64,000 nt of DNA from the NCBI GenBank assembly GCA_965202585.1, contig OZ241834.1:31000001-31064000 (forward strand). The letters are read 5' to 3'. The notes beneath the pieces were generated by a model. It worked only from the letters and a program-made list of their open reading frames with translations, ran no database searches and was not told the origin of the DNA. The position numbers and the translations under genes were made by a program. Shown piece by piece: positions 1-14,200 of this stretch (position 1 is the first letter of the stretch; each line of letters starts with the position of its first letter). The stretch is from Thalia democratica. Lineage: Eukaryota.

Positions 1-25
1 TTGTCACAAATTTTGAATAACAAAC

Positions 26-2247
26 CTCTTCGACATCCAAGTCCAACGGCGCCGACGGTGCGTTGGTTATCTTGAGACTTTCCTCCGTCTCTTTCGGCAC
101 TCCGGCGCCGTACTTGTTGAAAGCGGTCACGCGGAAGTTGTACGTCTTCCCTTCGACCAGCCCCGATATCCTCACCACGGTCCTGGTGCAGTCCACGGAC
201 ACTTTCTCCCAGTGCTGCAGCACCACGTCGCACTTTTCGACCGCGTAGTGCGTCACCGGGGAGGCTCCGTCAAACTCGGGTTCCTCCCAGGCGAGCGTCA
301 CCGCCTCGGACTTGACCTCCTTGTAGACGATCTCGCCCACCCGGCCCGGAACGTCCTTGACGTCGACGGTGAACCTGAGGCTCCTCTTGCCGGCGGCGTT
401 CTCGATCGTCAGCACGTACTTGCCGGCGTCCTCTCGCTTTACTGTTTCGAGGAAGACGCTCGAGCTTCGGTCGTTGGTTGTTGTGACAGCGTCAGATGAG
501 ATCTCTTTGTTGTTATCTCTCGCCCAAGAAGCCGTCGGAGTTGGTAAACCGATAAACGAAGCTCCGATAGTGAGAGCTCCGCCGCTGTTCACAACCATTT
601 TGTTTTTGAAGTCATCGCCAAACACGAACTCTGGTTCTTCAAAGCGGTCAACAGCTTTAATGAAGTCATTGCATTCACAAGGTTGGCCGAGACCAGCTTT
701 GTTTATTGCTTTTACCTGTATTTCATATACCTGGTCTTCTTCTAGTCCTTCAACAACCATTTTACAGTCAGTTACTGGTGTGTTATTGACAACAGACCAC
801 TCAGCACTGTCTGTTGCGTCAAACTTCTTCTTGTCAACTACATACCCGGTAACTTCACTTCCGTTATCGTTCAGTGGAGCTTCCCAGTCAATTGTAGCTG
901 AGTTCTTTGATGTATCAACCAACCTTACAAGACATGGAGGTCCTGGTGGTAAGACTGGCATGCAACATTCGATCATAGGAGATCTGTTGCTTGGTAAGCT
1001 GACACCAGCAGCATTCTCGGCGTATACACGGAACTCGTAGAAAGCTCCTTCAATTAAGCTAGTGATACGGTACTGAGTATCTGTGATGGCTTCTTCGTTG
1101 CAACTAGCCCATCTCTCGCCTTTGTTTTTGAGCCTTTCAACGTGGTAAGCTGTTATTTTGCTGCCACCGTTGTTTTCGGGTGCGTTCCACTTAATGGTGA
1201 TCGAGTTGAAGTGAGTTCTGATTGCCTCCGGTCTGCTTGGAGCATCAGGTACATCAAATTGATATTTCGGCACGAAAGGCAGTGACTGTAAGTAAGGACC
1301 GACTCCGATCGAGCTAACTGCTTTTATTCTGAAGCTATACTCGTGACCTTCTTGCAGTCTGATCACTTTGACCGCAGTCGTCTCACTGTGGTCATTTATT
1401 ATTTCCCAGCTCAGTTTTGACGTGTCGCATTTTGAAACGATGTAGTACAAAACATCGGCACCTCCGTCACAGACAGGAGGACTCCATGAAAGCATACATC
1501 CCTTTGCTGTCACTTCTGTGAACTTTACAGGACCTTCAGGTGCTCCTGGTGTGTCAACAACAACCACATTTACTGCAGCTGATGCATCTCCACTGAGATT
1601 TGAAGCTGTAAGCTCGTATTTGCCTGCATCTTCACGAGTCACTTTTTCAATGACAAGTGTAGAAGATCCACGTGTTGTTGTGATGCAACTTCTTATGTCT
1701 TCAGCGATGTCTTCTGGACTGTTTACTTTTTTCCATGATATAATTGGTCTTGGTGAGCCTGTTACAAGCATTTCAACTTGTAATTGCTTACCTTGCTCAA
1801 TTTTGATCTTATCAGAGCCAGACACAACCACTTTAGGTACTTCAGGTGTATCTTTGAATAGAATTGGGCCACAAACATCAGATGATGGTCCTACAATTCC
1901 ACTCTTGTTACGTGCAGACACTCTGAACTCATACGAAGCTAATCTAATAAGATCTTCAACTTCATACTCACATTTGTCTACAACATCATAGTTGCATCTG
2001 ACCCAAACTTTGTCAATGCTGCATCGTTTTTCAACAATGTACATAACAATTGGAGAGCCTCCGTCAAGTTGAGGTGGTTGCCACTGAAGAACCATGGTAA
2101 GTTTAGTTATTTCAATGACTTTGAGGTCAGTAGGTGGTGAAATCGTTTCAGAAGCAGTGAAAGGCTGGCAGATATCACTTGGCTCGCTCAAACCAACTTC
2201 ATTTTCAGCAATAACTCGAACTTGATAAGACGATCCATGACTTAAAT
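26..2247 (-). CDS. TTN: Large exon, 2222 nt (D6b-D11 of R11, D1-D3a of R12); absent from the ORF track, probably because the frame runs off the window without a stop
   Basis: Acceptor cag| at 2248 (DLSHGSSYQVRVIAENEVG...), donor GAG|gtttgt at 25. Same length as, and colinear with, the exon at 5046-7267. Confidence 0.9.
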
Positions 2248-5200
2248 CTGTGTTAACATTACATAAATGCATATTGATTAAATAATTTTTTGAAACAATT
2301 GATAAAATAAGTGGTATACCTTACAAATTGCTTACAAAATACTGTTGGTTTAAGTTTATTTGTAATTTACATTGTTATTTTTACAATAAAAACAATTCTA
2401 AAGACTTTAGAAAAAGTCAATTTATAATCAATTTAAATTTTTCTTGTTTGTATACTTGTTTTTAGTTCAAACATCTTTTTTTATTATCATGCTACTAAGA
2501 GACCAAAAGCTATAAGTTTAATATTATAAAGTTCATAGCTCTTTTTTGTGAAACTTCTAATAACCCTGATTGACTCAACTTTAAAACTATAAATAGTTAT
2601 TGAATCTTTTGAACATTTTTTTCTAACTTAAGTTTTTATTACATTTAGAAAACTACTTTAAACTTATAACTCAAGATAAAAACTAGTATTTAAAAAAAAC
2701 TAAAGCTGCACCTCTTAATGTGAAATCGCATCGGTTGGTTGGAGTTTTATTAGCACGAATCCACTTCATAGTTAGTTTTTCTTTATATTCAATGAAATAC
2801 CCGTGTACTTCAGGTCCTGATTTAGGGGCTTTCCATAATACTCTTGCAGATTCTTTGGTGATTTGACTAATTTCTGGCTTTCCAGGCTTGTTAGGCACAG
2901 CTGCAAGTTATTTGTGTATTTATCGTAATTTTTTTTTAAAGCTAGTGTTCTTGTTTCAATTCTACTAGTAAAACTGTTAATGTCAATTATAAGGTTTACG
3001 CAGTTTGCATTTTCGTGTTCTAAAAGTTAATTTTACTGTTTTTGTTCAATTGAAAAACAAATTTAAAAAAAATTCTTTTACAATTTAATGACACATAATT
3101 AACGAAAAGTGCTTATTTAAAACTTTTTATGGTTGCTTAGTTTGCTACAATATGTTCAAAGCTTCCTAGTTAAATAAATTTTACGTTAAGCAAGCTCTAA
3201 AATGTTTTCTTATAGTATGAACTCGTGTTTTGTATTTACAATTCTTATTTTGATGTACCTTTAGTGCTAAAGTCTTATAAGAAACTTTACGAACAATGTT
3301 TTTTTCTAATTCAAAATTTATAGATTATTGTTTCTAAACGTTTTATTTAAAGTAAAATTTAGTTAAAAACTTTTTTAAACTAGATCAGTATCTACATGTT
3401 GTTTTGTTTTTATGAATAGAAATCAAACAATATACATTTATTTAAATGATATTAGAATAGTTTAAATTACAAACAAAACAGCAAACTCAAACTGACTTGA
3501 TGCGTGCTCAACGGTGCACTTTCCTGAAACCAGCGCCTTTCCGCATCCCATCGCGTTTTCAGCTGCCACTTTGAACAAGTAAGTCTCCTTTCTCACCAGT
3601 TTAGTGATCTGTGAGATTTTATTAGAATATTATGATCATAACAGACAGTACTTATCCATTATGAAGCATCTAGAAAGTTTATTTTTTGTAGCAGTAATTG
3701 ATATTTAACTAGCAAATGTTTTTATCACCAACTCTTTTTACTTTTCTTTTACCAACTCTTTTTACTTAATTTTTAATCTTTTTACACAGTTATGTACCTT
3801 GTAGCGACGTTTTGCAGTGCAAGCTGTCACTGGTGACCACGATTCTTGTCCTATTGGTCGATAATGAACCACGTAACCAGTAATGCTTGTTCCACCATTA
3901 TCAAGTGGTTCTTGCCATGCAATTGTCACATTATCAGCTTCAATTGAGTCGAAAATAATACGACCATGAGGTTGTGCGGGTACATCTAAACATTAATAGT
4001 TGTAGTTTTTGTAAAAACATTAAGTATAGAAAATATTTAACATGATAATTATTTAAAAGTTTGAACAAAAAGTTATTTGTCTATTTTTAGTATTATTCTA
4101 AAAGAGTATAAATGTTTAAAATATATTTTTACCTAGTACAAGCACATTAATTTTGTAACTATTTTCTCCTCTTGAATTTTTAAGCTTAAGGTTGTAAACT
4201 CCGCTGCTACATCTTTGTATTTTCTTTATTTTAAGTGAAGTGTAGTTCTGGCTCGAAGACATTTTTGTTTGTTTGTTGTCTACGCAAAACAAGAAAAACA
4301 ATTAAAATATAAACCATTTATTATATTTTTTATTGCAAGTAGATTTTACCTTTAACTTTAGATTGTTATTGTCTCAACTACAGTTGAGCTTAAAAGACGT
4401 ACAAAAAATTTTACGACAATTATTTAATTTTTTTAATATTTTACCTTCGAGAGCGCTATCTTTGTAGCTCCACTCAACCTGCGGTGTCGGGTTTCCGGCA
4501 ATTGGTACTGAAATGTTCAGTGCAGAACCTGCCTTTACTTTCACCAACTTCACAGCGGAAGTATCAGCTGAAGGCATAACTGCAAAGTTTAAAGTTTGTT
4601 AGAAACTTTAAAAAATTTAAAACGCTTTGTAACTATGTATATTTTACAAAGTTGTTTAAAATGTTGAACAGAGATCATCAAATTACTTGTGTAATCTTTA
4701 GTGTGGATGTTTGTTGCTGCAATACATGGAAGTCCTTGTCCAATTTCGTTTACAGCTTTTATACGAACATCGTACTTACAATCTTCGACTAAACTGCTGA
4801 TTTCGTAGAAGAACTTCTCATCTGATTTACAGCTTTCATCGAAAGCACTTATTTCCCCGCTGATACTCCAGTCTTCTTCTTCAAACTTACTTACTTCTAC
4901 AACGTATGAAGATACTCGACTACCTCCGTCGTATTCTGGTTTCTCCCAGGATACTTTGATCGTGGTTTTAGTAATCTTTAAAAATTAAATACGTTTAAAT
5001 TTATTCTTTTTAATTGAAACTAGTAAACATTTTTTTCAAACTTACTTCTTCAACAACTAAGTTCAAAGGAGCCGTTGGAGCATTTGTTATCTTGAGACTT
5101 TCTTCTGTTTCTCTTGATACTCCGGCACCATACTTATTGAAAGCTGTCACGCGGAACTTGTATGTTTTTCCTTCGACAAGCTTATCAAGCCTGTAAAATG

Positions 5201-8200
5201 TCCTCGTGCAATCTGAGCACACGGTAGACCAGGACATCTGCAAAAGATCGCACTTTTCAATCAGATATCCAGTTAGCTCCGTGCAACCATCGAATTCTGG
5301 TTCATTCCAGCTAAGCGTTACTGATTCTGATTTTATGTCTTTGTAGATAATCGAACCAACAGGACCAGGTACATCAAGAACATTGACTTGTACTCTTAAC
5401 TTTTTGGCACCTGCTGCATTTTTAATTGTAATTATGTACTTTCCGGCGTCTTCACGTTGAATATTTTCAATTGTCAGTACAGAAGAAGATTTAGTTCCAG
5501 ATATAAGTGTAGCTGGGTTTAATTTATTGTCATTATCTCTTGACCATGTCGCTTCAACTGAAGGTCGACCAGAAAATCCTGCAGAAAGACACAAAGTCTG
5601 ACCAGAGAAAACAGTTAAGAGAGACTTAAAGTCATCATCAATAATAAACTCTGGTTCCTCAGATCGGTCAACAGCTTTTATGAAGTCGTTACATTCACAA
5701 GGTTGGCCTAAACCTGCCCTGTTGATTGCTTTTACTTGTAGCTCATAGACTTGGTTTTCTTCGAGACCCTCTACAACCATTTTACAGTCTGTTACTGGTG
5801 TTTCATTGACAACAAACCACTCAGCACTGTCTGTTGCATCAAACTTCTTCTTTTCAACTACATATCCGGTAACTTCACTTCCGTTATCGTTCAGTGGAGC
5901 TTCCCAGTCAATTGTAGCTGAGTTCTTTGATGTGTCAACCAACCTTACAAGACACGGAGGTCCTGGTGGTTTGACTTGTAGTCTGCACTCAATTGATTTT
6001 GACACTGGGCCTGGTAAACTAATACCAGCGGCGTTTTCTGCGTATACACGGAACTCATAGAAAGCTCCTTCAATCAAGCTAGTAACGCGATACTGAGTAT
6101 CTGTGATGGCTTCTTCATTACACTTAGCCCACCTTTGACCCTTGTCTTTAAGTCTCTCGACGTGATAGCCAGTTATCTTGCTGCCACCGTCATTTTCAGG
6201 AGCACTGAACCCTATGGTGATCGAGTTGAAGTGAGTTCTCACGCTGTAAGGCATGCCTGGAGCGTCTGGCGCGCCAAAGTTGTGCTTAGGTACAAACAGT
6301 TGTGACTGCAAGAAGTGGCTGACTCCCGTTGCGTTCACTGCTTTTATTCTGAAGATGTACTCGTGACCTTCTAGCAGTCTGATCACTTTGACCGCAGTCG
6401 TCTCACTATGGTCATTTATTATTTCCCAGCTCAGTTTTGACGTGTCGCATTTTGAAACAATGTAGTACAAAACATCAGACCCTCCATTATAAACCGGAGG
6501 ACTCCATGAAAGCATACATCCCTTTGCTGTCACTTCTGTGAACTTTACAGGACCTTCAGGTGCTCCTGGTGTGTCAACAACAACCACATTTACTGCAGCT
6601 GATGCATCTCCACTGAGATTTGAGGCTGTAAGCTCGTATTTGCCTGCATCTTCACGAGTCACTTGTTCAATGACAAGTGTAGAAGATCCACGTGTTGTTG
6701 TGTTACAACTTCTTACGTCTTCAGCGATGTCTTCTGGACTGTTTACTTTATTCCATGAAACAGTTGGTCTTGGTGAGCCTGTTACAAGCATTTCAACTTG
6801 TAGTTGTTTACCTTGTTCAATTTTGATTTTGTCTGAACCAGACACAACCACTTTAGGCACTTCTGGTACGTCTCTGAATAGAATAGGGCCACACACATCA
6901 GATGATGGTCCTACGATTCCACTCTTATTACGTGCAGACACTCTGAACTCATATGAAGCTAATCTGATGAGATCATCAACTTCATACTCACAACTGTTTA
7001 TAGCATCGTAGTTGCATCTGACCCAAACTTTGTCAATGCTGCATCGTTTTTCAACAATGTACATAACAATTGGAGAGCCTCCATCAAGTTGAGGTGGTTG
7101 CCATTGAAGAACCATAGTCATTCTAGTTATTTCAATAACTTTGAGGTCAGTAGGTGGTGAAATAGTTTCACAGGCAACAAATGGATTGCAAATATCACTT
7201 GGCTCGCTCAAACCAACTTCATTTTCGGCGATGACTCGAACTTGATAGCATATTCCAGTTGTTAGATCTAGAAGTATTTTAACTAATAATTAGTAACCTT
7301 TTTCATACTCATATAAACATATTTTCATAGTCAACTTTAACATAACATTTTCTTATTTCCAGTAGATTAGTTATTATTAATTCTATAGGTTTCGGTGTTA
7401 GTACTTTGTTGTAACTTGATTATTGTATGAAGCTTAAAACTTGTCATGTAGAATTTTTGACTACTAGATTTGTTTTAAAGTGTTTGTCTTATATATTGTA
7501 GTACAATTAGTAGTATATTTAAGTTGTCACATAAAATTGCTAACTTAAATTAAAAAATAAGATTTTTAACAAATTTTTAGAGCTTTATCAAAAAAAATAG
7601 TCTAGAGGTTCTGCCATTGTAAAAAAAACTATTAAGTAGCAGTTTATTACATTGCAATTAAATTTCTAATGTAAGCTTGTTATCAATGTTATGCTAGTTT
7701 TACCTTTCAACTGATAATCGCATTTATTGGTAGAACTTTCATTTGCACGAATCCATTTCATGGTTCGTTTTTCTTTGTATTCCACAAAGTATCCGTGTAC
7801 TTCAGGTCCTGATTTAGGGGCTTTCCATAACACTCTTGCTGATTCTTTAGTGACTTGACTAATCTCTGGTTTTCCAGGCTTGTTAGGCACAGCTAAAAAA
7901 CATAACAGAGTTATTTATTTTTGTAAATTTTGGTAATTATTAAATTTTTCAATGTAATTTAATGCTACAAAACTAGCACTAAACTATTTTTAACTAGCTT
8001 TTCTTTCGAAAAATTATGTGTGAATAATAAATAAATAACAAACTTTTTAAGTGATCAACAGTGCATTTTCCTGATACTAATGGTTTTCCACAACCAATAA
8101 CGTTCTCAGCAGCTACTTTGAAGTAGTAAGTTTCTTGTCGTTTAAGCTTGGTAATCTGAAAAATTTATATATTTTGTTGTTAAATGTTATTTTCTTGAAA

Positions 8201-11200
8201 TATTGTCCTTTCAATATCAAATTAATAAAATCAGACTGGTTAAAAAAAGGTGTTTTTTTTTTAAATTAAGGCTCAGATAGCCGTGAAATTTTTAATACTT
8301 TAGATAAAACAATTGAAAACAAATAGGTACTTAAATGCACATTTAACAACACGTCTCCAAAATTTGTACTGTTTTTAAATAGAACTTTTTGTGTTAGAGT
8401 GCTTTAGGTAATAGCCTAGATTTTTAAAAAGCAAGTATAGGTTTCTTTAAGGCAAAGTTCATGTAGTCGTAAGATTTTTAGTACATTACTTGAAGAACAA
8501 GAAAAATCAAACAGTTTCATAGCTGTTAACAACATTTCTGCAAAGTATAAACTGTTTTTATAAAGAATTATTTGTTTTAGAGCGCTTTGTCAGGTCTGTC
8601 CAATAATAAAACGACTGTTTACTTAAAATGATGAAACCAAAAAAAGTTAAATCCGATAACGAAATACTTTTTCTAACCTTGTAGCGACGTTTTGCAGTGC
8701 AAGCTGTTACTGGTGACCATGATTCTTGTCCTATTGGTCGATAATGAACCACGTAACCAGTTATATTCGTTCCACCATTATCAAGTGGTTCTTGCCATGC
8801 AATTGTCACATTATCAGCTTCAATTGAATCGAAAATAATGCGACCGTGAGGTTGTGCGGGTACATCTGATTATAAAAACAAGGTAAACTTTTGAATTTAA
8901 AAGATAGTTGTTAATTACAAAATTAAACTTTATTCCAAGTAAATTTAAGTTACACCTTGGCATAAATTAAGCACACTTTTTAAATTTTTGGTAATACTAT
9001 TGTACTTTTTTATACTTTAATGACTCTATAAACTTCTTTGATAAGAAATGTAATAAGACTTATGATTCTTTTATTAACCTAGCACAAGAATGTTGATTTT
9101 GTAGCTGTTCGTTCCTCGTGAGTTAGTGAGCTTGAGGTTGTAAATGCCACTGTCACACCTTTGCATGTTTGCTGCCTGCATGCTAGCATGGTAGTTTCCA
9201 GAACTCATTTTGAAGTGTTTTCCAACTATAATTTGTTACAATTTTGTATGTAAGGTTTATTTTAGAAATTGTTCAAAAAATGTTGCATTTGCTAGTAAGA
9301 CTTTTCGTCATTCAAAAAATTGAATAAAAAAGAATGTTCTCTTATAATAAAAGTTTCATCTTAAAAGCTTTTCCAGTTCTAATGTTTAACAATTGCTTTT
9401 TATTATTTTATTTGATAAATTTTAATTCCAGTTCAAAGTTTTATGTATCTCAAAAAGTAATGAGTTAAACTACAGTTTTTCATATTTAACCACATAAATT
9501 TTTGATTCTAAACTGAAAACTTATTTAAATTATCTACAAGGCAAGCTAGAAATTAAAACAAACTGGTTTTGTTGTCCTTGCGAGACCATTCAATAGTAGG
9601 TTTAGGAAGTCCTCTTATCGGAACGGAAACGTTCAGAGTTGATGAAGCTTTCAAAGTTACCAGTTTGTAGAAAGACACATCAGCAGTAGGCTCTTCTACA
9701 AAAAAAACAGATAGTTTTGTGTAAAATTTATTTGAACTGACTTTTAATGTGAAATGTTTCAAACCTGTATAGTCCTTAGTATGAATGTTTGTTATTGCAA
9801 TGCTTGGAAGTCCTTGTCCAATTTCGTTTACAGCTTTTACACGAACATCGTATTTACAATCTTCGACTAAACTGCTGATTTCATAAACGAATTTCTCATC
9901 TATTTTACAGCTTTCATCGATAGCACTTAATTCACCGCTGACATTCCAGTCTTCTTCTTCAAACTTACTTACTTCTACAACGTATGAAGATACTCGACTA
10001 CCTCCATCGTATTCTGGTTTCTCAAATGATACTTTGATTGTTGTTTTTGTAATCTAAAATTATAGTTAGATATAAACATAACTTATTTAATAAAGAAAGA
10101 ATTAACTTGCTTTAGTTTAGTTTAACTTACTTCTTCAACAACTAAGTTCAATGGAGCCGATGGGGCGTTTGTTATCTTGAGACTTTCTTCTGTTTCTCTT
10201 GATACTCCTGCACCATACTTATTGAAAGCTGTCACGCGGAACCTGTACGTTTTTCCTTCAACAAGCTTGTCAAGCCTGTAAAATGTCCTTGTGCAATCTG
10301 AACACACGGTGGACCAGGACATCTGCAAAAGATCACACTTTTCAATGAGATATCCATTAAGCTCACAACAACCATCGAATTCAGGTTCATTCCAGCTAAG
10401 TGTTACTGATTCTGACTTGATGTCTTTATAGATAATCGAACCAACAGGACCAGGTACGTCAAGAACATTGACTTGTACACTAAGCACTTTAGTACCGGCA
10501 ATGTTAGACAATGTTACGAAATATTTACCAGAATCTTCACGACTGACATTTTCGATCAACAATGTTGAACTTGACTTTGAAACTTCTACAACAGCTTCAG
10601 AATTTATTTCATTATTGTTTCTGTGCCATGTAATGTTAGGCTTCGGTCTTCCTTCAAAGTTAACTTTAAGGTTCAATGTTTTGCCAGAAAACAAGGTAAT
10701 CAAAGATGAAAAGTTTTTATCTAAAATGAAATGCGGTTCTTCAGAACGATCGACTGCTTTTATAAAATCGTTACATTCACAAGGTTGACCTAAGCCTGCC
10801 GCATTAATTGCTTTGACTTGCAGTTCGTATACTTGGTTCTCTTCTAATCCATCTACAACCATTTTACAGTCTGTTACTGGTGTCTCATTGACAGTGAACC
10901 ATTCAGCACTGTCTGTTGCGTCAAATTTCTTCTTCTCAACTACATACCCGGTAACTTCACTTCCGTTATCGTTAAGTGGAGCTTCCCAGTCAATTGTAGC
11001 TGAGTTGTTTGATGTGTCAACCAACTTTACAAGACATGGAGGTCCTGGTGGTTTGACTTGTAGTCTGCACTCAATTGGTTTTGATACTGGACCTGGTAAG
11101 CTAATACCAGCAGCATTCTCTGCGTATACACGGAACTCATAGAAAGCTCCTTCAATTAAGCTAGTGATACGGTACTGAGTATCTGTGATGGCTTCTTCGT

Positions 11201-14200
11201 TGCAACGAGCCCACCTTTGACCTCTGTCCTTTAGTCTTTCAACATGATAACCAGTTACTTTGCTACCACCATTGTTGTCTGGTTCGTTCCATTTGATGGT
11301 GATTGAGTTGAAGTGAGTTCTTACAGGCTCTGGTCTACCTGGAGAACTTGGTACACCGAAACTGTACTTTGGAACGAAAGGTAGCGACTGTAAGAAGTGA
11401 CCAACTCCCGTAGCGTTTACTGCTTTTATTCTGAAAACGTATTCGTGACTTTCTTGTAATCTGATCACTTTGAATGACGTTGTCTCGCTTTGTGAGTTAA
11501 TAATTTCCCAGCTTAGTTTTGATGTGTCGCATTTTGAAACTATATAATACAAAACATCAGACCCTCCATCATAATTAGGAGGACTCCATGACAGCATACA
11601 TCCCTTTGCTGTGACTTCTGCGAACCTTACAGGGCCTTCAGGTACTCCTGGTGTGTCAACAACAACCACATTTACTGCAGCTGATGCATCTCCACTGAGA
11701 TTTGAGGCTGTAAGCTCGTATTTGCCTGCATCTTCACGAGTCACTTGTTCAATGACAAGTGTAGAAGATCCACGTGTTGTTGTAATACAACTTCTTACAT
11801 CTTCAGCAATATCTTCTGGACTGTTTACTTTGTTCCATGATACAACTGGTCGTGGTGTTCCTGTGACAAGCATTTCAACTTGTAGTTGTTTACCCTGTTC
11901 AATTTTGATTTTATCTGAACCAGAAACAACGACTTTAGGTAGTTCAGGTATGTCTCTGAATAGAATAGGGCCACAAACATCAGATGTCGGTCCTACAATT
12001 CCACTCTTGTTACGTGCAGAAACTCTGAATTCATATGAAGCTAATCTAATAAGATCATCAACTTCATACTCACATTTGTCTACAACATCATAGTTGCATC
12101 TGACCCAAACTTTGTCAATGCTGCATCGTTTTTCAACAATGTACATAACAATCGGAGAGCCTCCGTCAAGTTGAGGTGGTTGCCACTGAAGAACCATAGT
12201 CATCCTAGTAATTTCAATGACTTTGAGGTCAGTAGGTGGTGAAATTGTTTCAGAAGCAATGAAAGGCTGGCAGATATCACTTGGCTCGCTCAAACCAACT
12301 TCATTTTCAGCGATGACTCGAACTTGGTAGCATGTACCAGTTGTTAAATCTGCATAAAGTTTTCAAAGTTTTTAGTTTTATTAAAACATAAATAGTGAAA
12401 TGTATAAACTTTTACAAAAATAAAACTTTAAAAACTTAAAATTAAGTATTGTCTTTATTTTGTTGTACAACTAATTGTATATTTACATTATAGCGGCTAT
12501 AAATCTACTAAAAAGTTTCGAATCTTTTAAATAATCTTAAGTCTTAAATTCTTTGAACAAATATAAAACTTCATTTAAGCACTGTGAATACTTGTTAATT
12601 GCGTGACTCAGTTTTCTGAAAGATCGCGCTTTGTCTTTTTCAAATTTTACAAATTATTTTTCAGGAAGACAAAATATTATCTAGATTTAAGTAATGAAGA
12701 TGTTTGCAAGGCAAACAAACCTCTTAATGTAAAATCGCATCTGTTAGTTGAAGTTTTGTTTGCACGAATCCATTTCATACTTCGTTTTTCTTTGTATTCT
12801 ACAAAATACCCGTGTACTTCAGGTCCTGATTTAGGGGCTTTCCATAAAACTCTTGCTGTTTCTTTGGTGATTTGACTGATCTCTGGTTTTCCAGGCTTAC
12901 TAGGCACAGCTGAAAATAATTTTTAGATTAAAATTGTGTTTTACACTTTTAAAGTTAAGTTGAAATAAAATGTGTAGTTTTAAACTTTTAAATTTTCAGA
13001 TACTTTTTTGTTCAGAATATTAAATTTAAGATATTTTTCAAACTTTAATGTCAGTAAAACAATAATTAACAATAATTTCTTTCTTAAATTACTAATGTTT
13101 ATTTTTACGTTGGTGCTATATTAGCTATTGAAATAATATACAAACCAATTTTAATTCTCGTTTACAGTTTTTAATGTTGAGTTAAAATTTATTGGAACTT
13201 AAAAAAGTACATTAAAGTTCAAGTTTCAATTCAAAGAATTTTCTATTACATTTTTGAAATAAAACTATTTGATACTAATATGAAATTGCTTACAGAATGA
13301 ATATTCAGGAGTGCATTTTCCTGATACTAATGGTTTTCCGCAACCAATAACGTTTTCAGCTGCTACTTTGAAGTAGTAAGTTTGTTGGTGTTGAAGTTTA
13401 GTCACCTGAAACAAAATAAAAAAGTGTAAATTAATATTTCTATTGTTATGTTTTGAATATTTTACCTTGTAGCGACGTTTTGCAGTGCAAGCTGTCACTG
13501 GTGACCACGATTCTTGTCCTATTGGTCGATAATGAACCACGTAACCAGTTATATTTGTTCCACCATTGTCAAGTGGTTCTTGCCATGCAATTGTCACATT
13601 ATCGGCTTCAATTGAATCGAAAATAATACGACCATGAGGTTGTGCGGGTACATCTGATTTTGTAATATATGTTTAACTTAAGTAAACAAGTTGATCAGTT
13701 TAATGTTTTTTTTGAATAAAAACAAGTAGCTAATTAGCAAGTAAAAACAAGTAGCTACCTAGAACTTTGACTTTGATTTTATAGGTGTTTTTGCCAAGAG
13801 CATTTGATACAGACAAAGTGTAATTTCCACTGTCTTTTCTCTGCATATCTTTGATACTCAGGTTCGAATAAACCCCACTGTACTCAACAGTTGCTCGGCT
13901 CAATTCTGTTAGATAAAATAAGTTTCATAATACCTATCACAATTAGTATAAGATGAAGATCAATATTTTTACAAAACTTTGTCTTTTTTGTTTATACCAA
14001 AATAGTTAATACCTTTGAGATCGTTGTTTTCCAAGGCCCACGAACACGTAGGTTTCGGACTGCCATAGACAGGTACAGATAACTGCAAGCAAGATCCTGC
14101 TTTCAGTGTGATAAAATCGCAACTTGAAATGTCCGCAGTGGGAAGTTCTTTAAAAAGTGCTTTCTTTTAGAACTAACTAGTTTTCTTGTAATATAAGATT

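Noticed and set aside
13717-13757. Direct repeat taaaaacaagtagcta x2 next to a donor site
   Set aside because: Local slippage-type duplication in an AT-rich intron with no sign of function.
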